NCBI RefSeq assembly: GCF_036321535.1
Contig: NC_087437.1
Location: 107,758,001-107,822,000, forward strand
Reading direction: 5' to 3'
DNA length: 64,000 bases
From: Camelus dromedarius
Taxonomy: Eukaryota
The position numbers and the translations under genes were made by a program. Position 1 is the stretch's first letter, and every line of letters begins with the position of its first letter. Positions 12,122-24,070 of this stretch are shown here, one piece after another. The notes beneath the pieces are model-generated. The model worked only from the letters and a program-made list of their open reading frames with translations. It searched no databases and was not told the DNA's origin.

Positions 12122-12819
12122 GAGAAAACTCGGTGTATTTCCCCATGAACAGTAATATTTGGTGAGAATGTCAAGGTTCCTTTTCCCCTCTATTCTGCCC
12201 TACAATCACTAAATGTGAAAAACTTAGCCTTTGTTTCATTAGGCTATCAAAATATCAAATAATGTTGTAAGACACCAGGAGAATCATTAAAAAGCATTTA
12301 TTCCTGCATTAAACAGAACTGTTTTTCACTCCTATTGATCCAATTTTTATAGAAAACCAACAACATCTACTCTGTGTCAGATCAGGTTTAGCTGGCAGCC
12401 ACAAAACAGCATTTAGCCTAACTTTAAAGCATAGAAATAAATATTGCACATATTCATGTAGTTCCGATAGCAGTATAAGAATGTGATGTATGTTTAATAA
12501 TAAAAATCCTTAGGTTTTTTTTTGAGAAACTTAGCGACATACAGGAGGTGGTTATTAGCATACTGAGAGCATTTGTCAGTGTTATTAACTAGTATTTGAA
12601 GGTACATTAAATTTTAGGCTCATTTTATTTTAATTAAGGCATAAGATATGTTGAAAAGGAAAATGTTAAACTTAACATCAGTGATAAGCACAAATGTCAT
12701 GTGGTTGAATAGTTAAGAAATGACACTGCACACATATATTTATGAATGTCAATTGACTTGACATTTTAAACAAAGTCTTAAATCTCAGTTTAGGGATGAA
12801 GAACATAGTTAAATACTTT

Positions 12820-14610
12820 TATTTTTATCATGTATTTTATTTTTTGGAAATGTTCTAGATTTACTGAAAAATGATGAGTATTGTCTAAGGAGTTCTCGTA
12901 ACTCTATACACAGATTCCCTTACTATTTTTATCTTACAGTTTTATGGAATGTTTGTCAAAATTAATAAACCAATATAGGTATGTAACTATACTAGAAGCT
13001 ATACTTTATGGAGACTTCCTTGGTTTTTATCTAATGCCCTTTATGTTTCAGGATCCTATTCAAGTTACCACAGTACATTTAGCTGTCATGTCTCCTTAAA
13101 ATCTTTTTGGCTGTGATGGTTTATCAGGCATCCCGTGTTTTGATGCTCTTGGTGGTTCTGAGGTGTACTGCTCAGCTGGGTAGCTGGAGCCCTCTGTTCG
13201 AACTTGATGCTTTTTTCCATGGTTAGACCATGGCTTTGGGTGTCTGAGAGGAAGACCACACAGGAGAAGCACCATTTTCATCACAACATAGCAAAGGTGT
13301 ATACTATCAACACAACTTTTCAGCACTGACATTGCCCTTGATCAACATCGAGGGCTGGGGTGGTGCTTTGTCAGCTGTCCCCATTGTAAAGTGACTCCCT
13401 TCCCCTTTCCTTATTGTACCTTTTGGAAGGAAGTCATTATGCATAGCCTTTACTTAGGAAATGAGATATTATGCTGCCCTTCCACGAGGCAGCATATCTG
13501 CTTAAATTATTTGAAATTCTTCAGCGTGAGAGGTTTGTCTCCTCTCCCGTTTATTTATCCATTCATTTAAGTATAACATTATAGCTGCACGGATGTTGAT
13601 TTTATGTTTTGGATTTTAATCCAATCCTACTTATTTATTTCCTTGTTCAAATTGTTCTATCTTTAGCCATGGAGAGCTATTTCAGTTGGTCCCCGTGTCT
13701 CTTTAACATACCCTTATCATTGTGTGTGGGTGGTGTGTGTGTGTTTTGAGTACTTTCTTACTTTCTGGAACTACAAAATACTCCAGATTGATCTTGTATC
13801 TTTCCTCCTCCAGTCCTAAAATCAGCCGTGTATCTAAGGAGCCCTGGTTTCTTTGGTTGAAGATTGGTATTATAATTGAAGGTCTGCGAGCAACAGTGCC
13901 CAGTACTACAAGGGTGTCTTTGCTTCTAGGCCCTCTCAGCTTTCAGAACAGGGGAATATATGTATAAATAGTAACTTGTGTGTATACACATGTCTACAAC
14001 TATTTCTATGTGATAACTTCTTTACTAAGCTAACCATGAGTTCATACTGATATATTCAAATGCAATTCATTATCAAATGGATCATTCTAGCCTCTTCCCT
14101 TTGGTTACCTGCAACCTCCCACACCAACAAGGAGAAATTTGGATCCCACTGTCCCCATCCATTTACATCCTTGTTCAGTGTCTAGTATACATGTACGGTG
14201 GTTTCATAATTTCGATTGCATACCACGATGGGGAAAAAACTGCATCAATTAGATTATAGTGCATACATACAGTTCCTTTTTTCTTTAGTCAGAGATTCCA
14301 CTTATTTCCCAAGTTACTTAGGTCGGCATCTTTCCCTACAACCCCATTCAGTGAGGCTGTTTCAGAGACTTGTAATAAAATCAGATTATCTTGTCGCTGT
14401 CAGTATTTAATCCTGGGATCCTCTGAACTCCTAAATCATTCTTGAAATTTGCAGACATTAGGATTTACTCTTGTTCTGTAAACTTTATGCATTTTAACAA
14501 ATGCACAGTGTTGTGTATCCACCATTGTAGTGCCATAACAGAACAGTTACACTGCCCTAAAAACACCCTCATGCTTTATCCAAACATCATTCTCTCCTGC
14601 CTCTTGAAAT
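12820..14610 (-). mobile_element. Old L1 3' UTR region (L1MC/L1MB-like)
   Basis: T-rich tail followed by ttctagatttactgaaaaatga...gagttctcgta and further L1M 3'-end-like sequence through gtgtatccaccattgtagt. Confidence 0.75.
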
Positions 14611-14619
14611 CTAAATTTA

Positions 14620-16620
14620 TTCATCTGCTATAATCATGAAATACATTGTTCCGGTTATTATTTTAAACATGTTCATATCATCAAGAATAAAAATTAGAAC
14701 ATTTATTGTACTCTTATTTTCTGACATTTTCCTTTCTTTATATAGATTTGAGCATCACATCTATATGCTTTTCATTCTCCCTGAATAATTTTCTTTTGAT
14801 ATTTTTTTAAGGACAAGTCTGTTAATTATGAATAGGCTAAGCTTTTGGGTTTTTTGAGTAAGTCTTTATTTCACCTTGTCTTCTAAGGTATAATTTTGTT
14901 TGACAAAGGATTCTGGATTGGTAGCTCTTTTCCTTTAAATAAATTAATTTTGTCACCCCACTACTTTTTTGTATGTTTTCTGATGAGAATTTCAATATAA
15001 GTCTTATTCTTTTCCTCCATAGATAAGGTGATATTTCTCTTTCCTTTTTCAAGATTTTATCATCTTGATTTTCTTCAATTTGAATACATTACGTTTAGTG
15101 TAAATTTTTCAGTATTTAATCTACTTGATATTCTCTGAGTTTCTTAGATCTATTATTTGTGTTTGTCACTGATTTTGGAAAATCCTTGGCCATTTTTGTT
15201 TCAAATATCTCTCCTGCTCCATTCGATATTTTCTCCTTTTGGTATTCTAATCACATAGAAGTTACATTCTTTGAAATTGTCCTATGGCTCTTAGATATTC
15301 TGTCTTTTGTTTTTTTTTTTTTTTTTTTTTGGCCCCCTATTCCTTTTCCTCTCTACAGCTAAATTTGAGAAGTTCTTAGTGGCATATATTCCAGCTCACT
15401 GATTTTTTCCTTGGCTGTGTCCAGTCTACTGATGAGATGATCAAAGGCATTCTTCAAACCTATTGCAGTGTTTTTGATTTCTAACATTTCTTCTTAATTC
15501 TTTCTTAGTGTTTCCATCTGTTTGTTTGTATTACCCATCTGTTCTTCCATGTTGTCAATTTTTTCCATTAGAGTTTATAATGTGTTAATCATTGCTATTT
15601 TAAATTCTGTCTGATAATTTCAACATCTGTTTTATATCTGTCTGTTCTTGATGTTTGCCTTGTCTCTTCAGACTGTGTTTTTTCTTGTCTTTTAGCATGC
15701 TTTGTAATTTTGTTGAAGTTTGGACATGATGCATTGAGTAAATAGGTCTTTGGTGTAATGGTTTATGTTACTCTTGCTAGGAGTTCGCTTTGCTTAATAT
15801 TTCCACAGGTTGTAGGTGCCAACGGCTTCAAATTCCTCTGGTGTTTTAGATTTTGTCTCTCATGTTGTCTCTGAGGTTTGCTAAGAGCTCTTTCTTAGAT
15901 ACAGTCTGCATCCTGCAGGTTTTTCATCTGTAATCAGCTGTTACTAACCTGAAAATCTATTGGTATTAGAGTAGGATGTGGAGAAGTGTTCTATAATCTT
16001 ATGTTTAAATCTCAGTATTTAAATTGGCTTGTAACCCTGAACTGTGACTTTAACTAGTGTTTAAATCCCCTGCTCTTAGGTTAAACAAAAAGCCTGTTGG
16101 TGCTAAAGTCAAGCAAGTTCTCTTCCTATACATCAGACAAAGCTCTAGTAAAATCCATTTCTGAGAGAGTTGGCCTTTGTTACAAACAATGTTTTGAGTG
16201 TATTTCTCATGGCCCCATCTCCCATCCTGCCAGAGCCACATTCAATCTTTCTGGACTCTTCGCTATAAGAATCTGGTAAGGTTTTTGGAAGTAGAAGCCA
16301 TAAAAGTCCCAAGAATCTGGCCCACAAGTTTTTCTCCGTTTTATGCTAGTCTGCAGTCAGCCTCCAGCAATTTGTCAAAATTCCCACTCAAGTTTTCCTA
16401 CCAGCTTTTGGCTTGAGTAGTGTCTACCCCAAGTTAGGAGACATTGCTCTGACTCTCAGATTTGCTATCTCTTCAGATTATAAAGTTGTGTTTTGTCCTG
16501 TTATCATATTTCTCTAAGTCCAAGAAAAGTCATTGGCTTTTAGTTTACTTATTTTTTCTTATTGTAACTATGCAGTGATGACTCCCAAGCTTTTTATATA
16601 TTAGCTCTAACATCAGAACA
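14620..16620 (-). mobile_element. Old L1 5' region: inter-ORF spacer, decayed ORF1 and 5' UTR
   Basis: ORF 14837-15052 translates to RIRLILKFSSENIQ...LKEKSYQSRILCQTKLYLRRQGEIKTY, matching the L1 ORF1p C-terminal pattern (IRLTADFS.ETLQ...LKEK.FQPRI.YPAKLSF..EGEIK.F). Confidence 0.85.
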
Positions 16621-17386
16621 CCCTTTCTTTTTACTATTGTTAGTATTGTATTGGCAAATGTGCTACAGAAGATAACAAGATATTACATGCTTTGAGATAT
16701 TTCCATTATAGCAGTTTTTATACAAGTTGACATTAGTAATAACTGATTAAATTTAAGACAAAAGTCAATACTTCATCATCATCAAGTAAACAGACATAAG
16801 ACTTTTAAAAATGAAACTTAAAATATATTCACATTTGTTGGATTAACACGTATTATGCTAATATGTACTGTCTTCAAATTATTTAAATATCAAAGACCAT
16901 ATAAATGTATTATAAATAGAATTTTTATAAGAATGTTAATATAAAGGTGAATTTCATAAATCTACTAAATTTTTTTTTCTAAAATATTTAGTCCTGAAAG
17001 AGTGACATGCTTAACTTTATTTGATGATAATGGGGACATTTTTATTAACCTTTGTAAGATGACTTTTATTTTGGGAGACATTAGAAAATTATATTTATAG
17101 GCACACCTCATTTTATTGGGCTTTTCTCTATTATGTTTGTAGATATTGTGTTTTTACACTTTGTGTCACAGTTTGGTAATTCTCACAATATTTCAGACTT
17201 TTCATTTTTATTGTATTTGTTATGGTGACCTGCCATCAGTGATATTTGATGTTACTATTGCAATTGTTTTAGAGCACCATGAACCTCAAGCGTATAAAAT
17301 GGTGAACTTAATAGATTATTGAAATTACAATAAAAGATTTAGAATACCACATCAATTTAGTTGATAAAGCAGCAACAGGGTTTGAG

Positions 17387-18312
17387 ACCTAAACAAACAT
17401 CTCTCCAATGAAGGCATACAGAGGGCCAGTAGGCATATGAAATGGTGCTCAATATTACTGATTATCAGAGAAATACAAATCAAAACTACAATGAGGTGTC
17501 ACCTCACACTGGTCAGAATGGCCATCATTAAAAAGTCCACAAATACTGGAGAAGGTGTGGAGAAAGGGAACCCTCCTACACTGTTGGAGGGAATGTAACC
17601 ACTATGGAAAACAGTATGGAATTTCCTCAAAAAAAAATAGAGATACCTTCTGATTCAGCAATCCCACTCCTGGGCGTATATCCAGAGAAAAATCTAATTT
17701 GAAAAGATACATGCACCCCAATGTTCATAGCAGCACTATTTATTTACAATAGCCAAGACATGGAAGCAACCTAAATGTCCATTGGTAGATGATTGGATAT
17801 ATATATGTGTGTATACACACACACACACACAATGGAATACTACTCAGCTATAAAAAATAATGAAATAATGCCATTTGCTGCAACATGTATGAACCTAAAG
17901 ATTATCATATTAAGTGAAGTAAGTCAGACATAGAAAGATAAATATCATATGATATCACTTATACATGGAATCTAAAAAATGATACAAATAAACTTATTTA
18001 AAAAACAGAAACAGACTCACAGGCATAGAAAACAAACTTATGGTTACCAGAGGGGAAAGTGGAGGAGAGATAAATGAAGAATTTGGGATTAGAAGACACA
18101 AACTAGTATACATAAAATAGATAATCAACAAGGACCTACTGTGTAGCACAGGAAACTGTATTCAATATCCCATAATAATCTATAATAAAAAGAATACGAA
18201 AAACAATATATATATATGACTGAATCACTCTGCAGTACAACAGAAACTAACACAACAAGTTGTAAATCAACTATACTTCAATTAAAAAATAAATAAATTT
18301 AAAAAAATAAAA
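17387..18312 (+). mobile_element. 5'-truncated younger L1 (ORF2 3' end, 3' UTR, A-rich tail)
   Basis: aatacaaatcaaaactacaatgagg, cagcaatcccactcctgggc, aagatacatgcaccccaatgttcatagcagc; ends aatcaactatacttcaattaaaaaataaataa. Confidence 0.95.
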
Positions 18313-18684
18313 GGGAAGAGGGTGTGGCTGATTGTTACATACTTCTTGGTGCCAGCTAGACTGTGGAGGAGATGTGATAATCCTTTGTTCTTACAGCGGT
18401 CCATGTTGGTCAGGTCACAATGTTCCTGTAAATCTCCAACAAGACAAATGTTATTTTCTGTTCTGTAGCTTTTTCTCTCTATGTGAATGAAAAGTGTTAT
18501 GGGTTTACAGGTTAAGCCTAGAGGCAGAAACTTGACAAGGGGCTAGATGTATATTTCAGGCTGTAGGCAACATTCTTTTAGATAAAGATCCAGAGCTAAC
18601 ATGACTAAGCACAGGAAACAGAGCACAAAGATTAGAGCTAAAGGAACAGACCCAATATAGAGTCAGGTTTGTTCTTCTGTTACA
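18313..18684 (-). mobile_element. Partial ERV LTR (one end missing)
   Basis: Minus strand begins TGtaacagaagaacaaacctgactc; Tigger1 resumes immediately after 18684; the other end is cut off at the L1 tail. Confidence 0.7.
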
Positions 18685-18922
18685 AGAGGAAGAGTTAATT
18701 GATGCAGCAAACTTCATTGTCTCACTTTAAGAAACTGCCACAGCCACACCAGCCTTCAGCCATCACCACCCTAATCGGTCACCAGTCATTAACACTGAGG
18801 CAAGACCCTCCAATAACAAAAAGATCACTACGCCCTGAAGGCTCAGATGGTGGGCAGAATGTTTTATTTAACAATAAAGTATTTTTAAATTAAGGTATGT
18901 ACACTTTCTAAGACAATGCTAT

Positions 18923-19567
18923 TGTTAGAGCAGGCAGATAGCTAGATATGAGAAGAGAAAGGTGGATACAGACCAAATGGCAGGAATTGTGCAGAAAGGA
19001 GGGGCACAAGCCAAATGCAGAAAAACATACATCATGTAAGCACCAGGGGTCCCTAGGCAGAGAAAGAAAAGCAGGAATCTTTGGGCTGATAAGGGGCCAC
19101 ACTTTTGGCCTGGAGACCAACAAAGAAATGTCAGAAAAGACAGGAATTTCCAGTGTCCAAATGTAACCTTTTGCTCATTATGCCCTCATCTCAATAAAAT
19201 TAGCCATGCAGATCAGAAGTACCCATCAAGCACCGATGCCATGACACTTCTGATCCAGACTAAATAAGGACAAAAATCCCTTCTCCCTTTGGGAAGGTGG
19301 AGTTGGGATGATAATCAGGAAATATGAACCCAAGCCCTTCCCTCCTCAATGACTATTCCACCCATTCATTTCTACACCCTATGAAAGTAACTTGCCAAAG
19401 AAACTCAGGGCAGCTTCTCACCTGAGCCTGCCTGCTTTCCTCTTGAGAGTGTACTATCCATCCTTTAATAAATCCTCACTTTACTTTTTTGACCACTGTG
19501 TCTTGTCTCTGAATTCCTTCTGGGCTGGGACAAGAATCTGGAACACCAGTTGCATCCACCGGCAACA
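18923..19567 (+). mobile_element. Solo ERV1-class LTR
   Basis: TG...CA termini (tgttagag...ggcaaca), AATAAA near 19466, 4-bp TSD ctat/caat; interrupts Tigger1 at aatgctat|tgca. Confidence 0.85.
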
Positions 19568-19828
19568 CAATTGCATACTTAAGACTACAGTATAGTGTAA
19601 ACATAACCTTTATACACTCTGGGAAACCAGGAGTTTCAAATGATTTGCTTTATTTATTCATTTATTTTATCATGGTGGTCTGGAACCACACTTGCAATAT
19701 CTCCCACGTATGCCTCTATATGTGTGTGTGTATATACATATACAATCAGAAAATGTAATAATTATGTTGCACTGAATATATTTATCTAATTAAGAAATTA
19801 GAAAACAATATGTTTTGTATATCTAAAT

Positions 19829-20126
19829 CAGAGGTCAGCAAAACTGGCTTTTGGACCAAATCCAGCCCACAGCCTTTTTTTTTTTTTTGGTAAACAAAGC
19901 TTTATTGAAACACAGGCACCTCATTTATTTACATATTGTCTATGACTGCTTTCAAGTTTAAAATAACAGAGTTTATTTATGACAGAGACCTATGGACCAC
20001 AAGGCTAGAATATTTATTATCTATTTATTAATTTTAAAATCAATTATTAATTATTTTATTTATTTTATTAATTTATTAATATTAATATATATATATTTTT
20101 TTACAGAAAAAGTTTGCCTGTCAGTA
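19829..20126 (+). mobile_element. MER58A hAT-Charlie element with AT-rich internal expansion
   Basis: cagaggtcagcaaaac...ccaaatccagccc...ttattgaaacacag...tttacagaaaaagtttgcc; diverged 8-bp TSD atctaaat/ctttagat. Confidence 0.9.
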
Positions 20127-21537
20127 CTTTAGATGCATCCTGATTTAACACAATATGATATCAGAATTTAATGTTTTGGCATGGAATATATTTTAATTAA
20201 TTAATAATTGAGACTTAATTGAAAAAGTCTTGAAATTTCTGATAACATATTTATGTTGCCAAAAATGTATAATTATACCTGAGTTTTTATTTGACTAATT
20301 TATATTTTGATCAATTTAGGCAATACTGGCACATTAGATCTGGTTTTAAAGTATGTTAAATTCTTTTTATTTATACACATAAATAATTATCACGCTAGAT
20401 GTAGCAGAAGCAAACAGTATTAATATGAGTTATTTAAAGAAGCCTGTATTTTAAATTAAAATCCATAAAATAAAACATTTGAGTATCTTCCTTAGCATTA
20501 AATATGTGTTAAACACTGTATAAAATTTGTTTTAATGTGTTGTGCCAGGAGAGTTGGGCTTAAGAACTTTGGTTTAATTTATGATCTTTTTTCTCTAATA
20601 TTTAATAGGTGGAAAAGAATGATATTGGTTTATTTGTTTTATTTATTGGTATGATTTCTTTTGAAGCACCAGCATGATAAATAAACAAATTGAAAAGGGA
20701 CTTCTGGACACTACTTTCCACAGAAAGTTAAAAAATCAAGTGTGACTTGAATCCTGGGCTCAGGGGTCACTTAGTGTTTATCCTGATTTGTAACAAGTGT
20801 GCATGTGACAATAGCAATCTGTACTTGTCATGCAGTTTGAGCTTCCATTTAGGTTGGTGGATACTGTGAAAATGTATTGATTGAAAGAGGGAAGCAGTTA
20901 ATAGGCAGAGTATGGTTCAGTCATAAACAACACTTTTATGGAGACAAAAGTTCACTAGTCTGGTCTCACTCTAAAAAATACTCAAACAACCCAAGGAATT
21001 TAAAAAACAGCAAAATTCCAACCCGGACTCAGTCTCCACTCAAAATTCACGATGGCTTTCCTGAAATTCATGACTGTAACTAAGGATAAGGGCTTTCAAA
21101 CAAGGTAGGCAAGGGTATCGGAAATTTCTTCAATGATAACTCGCTTCAATCCATTTGTTTTAAATGTTGCTAAAACCTAATATATGTTCTGTTCCACACA
21201 ACACAAAAATATCAATTTACTTTCCAAAATTCCATTACCTAAAAGACTATGAATATTTTAAAAAGTAACTTTGAAACAAATATTTCATATAGTTACATTC
21301 TGTTTCTATTCTTCTCCTATCTACATCAACTTAATGCATTGCATATTGACATAGAGGCTGCTTTTTGAGGTAAACACAATTTATGTGAATTGGGAATCAC
21401 ACAACACTCCTTCTCATCCAAAGTTCCCTGGAGGCTGCAGCAATAATCTTTCCCAGATACCACCCAGTCCCTTGTTGTCCAAACCAGTACAGAATTTGGT
21501 GAAACCAAAGGCTTTGTAGATTGCATAGCCCACCTAC

Positions 21538-21574
21538 AAAAAAAAAAAAAAAAAAAAAAAAAACAAAAAAAAAA
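21538..21574. repeat. Poly(A) tract
   Basis: About 36 A residues with one C interruption. Confidence 0.95.
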
Positions 21575-21809
21575 CACCAGTCCTTCATCCTCATTTTGTC
21601 AGAATTGCTCGATGTGTTCATAAGTCCCATCAAAATAGTTACTGCCTTTATGGAGTGTCTGTCCTTTGATCAAACAGAAGAAGGCTATTTTTGGTAAAAA
21701 TTGTTCTTTATCGCCACTCCAAGCACACTGAAGAAGCAACTGCCTACAGAAAGCAGCAACGTTGCCGTGGCAATTTCTAACAACGCCCTCTATAACACTG
21801 AGGAGTCTT

Positions 21810-21990
21810 CCACTTTGACATGATGGAAAATGTAACTCAAATTGGTTCAAACAATAAAATGGATTTACTGGCCTATCCATCAAGAGAGTTCAAAGGCTCA
21901 TGTTTTGTTGGATTTTGTTGCTTTGCTACCTCATCAGGAAGCAGGGTTCTTTAATGAGTCTCCTCTGCCTTCCGTAATGAGCCTTGTTTA
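21810..21990 (-). mobile_element. Old MLT1-type LTR end fragment
   Basis: gaaaatgtaactcaaattggttcaaacaataaaatggatttactggc. Confidence 0.55.
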
Positions 21991-22319
21991 TCCTAAGGCG
22001 GCTTTCTTCTGGGAAGGAGGGTAACCACAGAGGTATGCAGATTCCCACGCTGCACCACCTCAAAAGGTACAGACAGAGCGTGCTGTTCTAGAAATACCTT
22101 CTCCAGTCTCACTTGCTGAGCTTTGATAAATCCCGTGGCTGCTGATTAACATCATGCCAGTTAGCTCACCTTTGCCATTTATATTCCATCATAAAATACA
22201 GATTGTGGGAAGGACGCACGGACACTAAAAAAGTGTAATTATCCAGAAACAGTGTTATGAATGTGAAGGAAGTATTGGGAATGTCCCTGACACACTAAAT
22301 CATCAATTGATACCCATAA

Positions 22320-23150
22320 CGTAACTATACATTTATAGTAACACCTAACGTATAAAAAATGTTCAATAAATAACTGTTGAATGAATGTATAAAAGAGTGA
22401 AAATTGGAGGAGGGAGATGAATTTGGCTTTGGACAATTTGACTGGTGCATCCTATGAAATAAAAATACTTATAGGCAATTTAATACTAAAGTCATTGTGA
22501 TGAGTAGCTCAAACAAATAACATGGAAGGAATTGTTCAGGGAAAGTGTAAAAATTGAGAAGAAGAAAAATCTAAGGACAACATTTTATGGAATGGCAACT
22601 TTTAAGCCTTGAGCAGTGCCCGAAAAAAGAAAAGTGATTACAGACACAAAATGACAATAAGTGTGATTAAAGTCAAAGGAACTAAAAAAGGGATTGCAAA
22701 AGAGTCTGTGTTGTTAAATGCCCTAGAGACCAAGTTGGATAAAAACTTGGATTGGTAAGAAGAGGTTCTTGGGGAGATAGTAAGGCAGGTTTAGAGGAAT
22801 TGTTGGAATGAAAGCCAAGTTACAACACATGGAGGATTCAATGGGAAAGAATGAGGTGGAAACCCTGAGCACAGATTGTAGGCTTATTACTCTTGGCTCT
22901 TAGAGGAAGAAGAGGTACAGAGAGATGACTAGGCGTGGAGCAGGGAGTAAGGGATTGCAACGTTCTCTGTTAATATGAGGGGAAAACCTACATCTGCCAA
23001 AGAAAGAGAAGTCAATAATAAGGGAGCATTTGAAGGTATACCAAAAGATACTATATGGGATGAGGCTCTGGAAAAGAGAGAAATTGTCTTCAATCCTAGT
23101 AGGCTGAATATCAACAAGAATATTTATTTTATTAAAATTTATCAAATGCT
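22320..23150. mobile_element. L2 fragments (3' tail on +, body fragment probably on -)
   Basis: gttcaataaataactgttgaatgaatg, then purine-rich gatgaatttggctttggaca...ctaaggacaac...atggcaactttta typical of reversed L2 body. Confidence 0.6.
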
Positions 23151-23899
23151 CTCTCACTATCAGTTTTCCTGATGAAACTGTTAGCCTTGAGTGTTATTAA
23201 AGATTCAGTCACTTCCTTAAAGGACCTCCTTCAAGCTGAAAGCTTTAAATAAAATGATGTGAAGGAAAAGGTATACAATATATTAAAAGTATTTTCTTTT
23301 GCAAGGAGATGACTAACAGAAGAAGAGCAGGTACCATTTGTGGTGGTGGTCTTGTTGCCTTCACGTCCTCTGCCTGTGAGAGGACCAAAGGGAAGCCAAA
23401 GTCCTGCCCAAAGGCTCACCGGGTGTAGTGATCCAGTCTTGGTGGGAGCAACAGCGAGGTCTCTGGCTCTTCTCTCCACTAGTTTTCCATGACTAAGTGA
23501 CGATGTCTCCAGGGAAAGGACACTTCAGAATCTGCTGGGAATTCAGCTTCACACCAGTGAATTGTAGTTACCGGAGTGTATTATTGAGGGTACACAGAAT
23601 TAACTCAACTCACAAGAAGGCTAACGCTATAAAACAGAAAAGGTTGGAATGTTTTACTTGCAAACAATAAATAGCCTCTTGGCAAAGAGAAAACTCACCT
23701 CTTGCTGTTAACAGCAAGAAAGACCCTAGGGATTGCAATGATGGTTCAATAACTAAGCACTGAAACCAAGTAGAAATCAAAAAGAGAGGAAAGGTAGGGG
23801 GCCTGGGGAATAGGGGTGTCCTCATACCATGTAAATACTTAATATATTTGCTCACCAATCATTCCCTAGGTCTTAACCCTTAATCTTAACCCTGGCCAC

Positions 23900-24070
23900 C
23901 CACTTAAATCTTCTGAAGGGTGTTTAAAAATACGTATGCCTGAACCATTTGACCCAGTGAGATTTTAGATTTATTTCTTGTATATTTGTTTCGATTCTTT
24001 GGTTTTAGAATTTTATTATAAGCCTTCTAGATAGTGCTAGTGTGCACACAGGGTAACAAAATTTTGGTAG
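23900..24070. mobile_element. MER5-like hAT fragment
   Basis: tttaaaaatacgtatgcctg...acccagtgagatt...ttataagccttctagatagtgctagtgtgcac. Confidence 0.55.

Larger units (their letters stand above)
17098..19716 (+). mobile_element. Tigger1 DNA transposon, internally deleted and split into three pieces (17098-17386, 18685-18922, 19568-19716) by nested insertions
   Basis: TA-flanked termini taggcacacctc...cacgtatgcctc; internal Tigger1 sequences ttagttgataaagcagcaacagggtttgaga, gcaaacttcattgt...gaggcaagaccctcca and gactacagtatagtgtaaacataac. Confidence 0.9.

Noticed and set aside
11906..12174. Mucin-like Thr/Pro-rich ORF and the opposite-strand hydrophobic ORF
   Set aside because: Both are translations of a degenerate CAC/CAT/CAA microsatellite.
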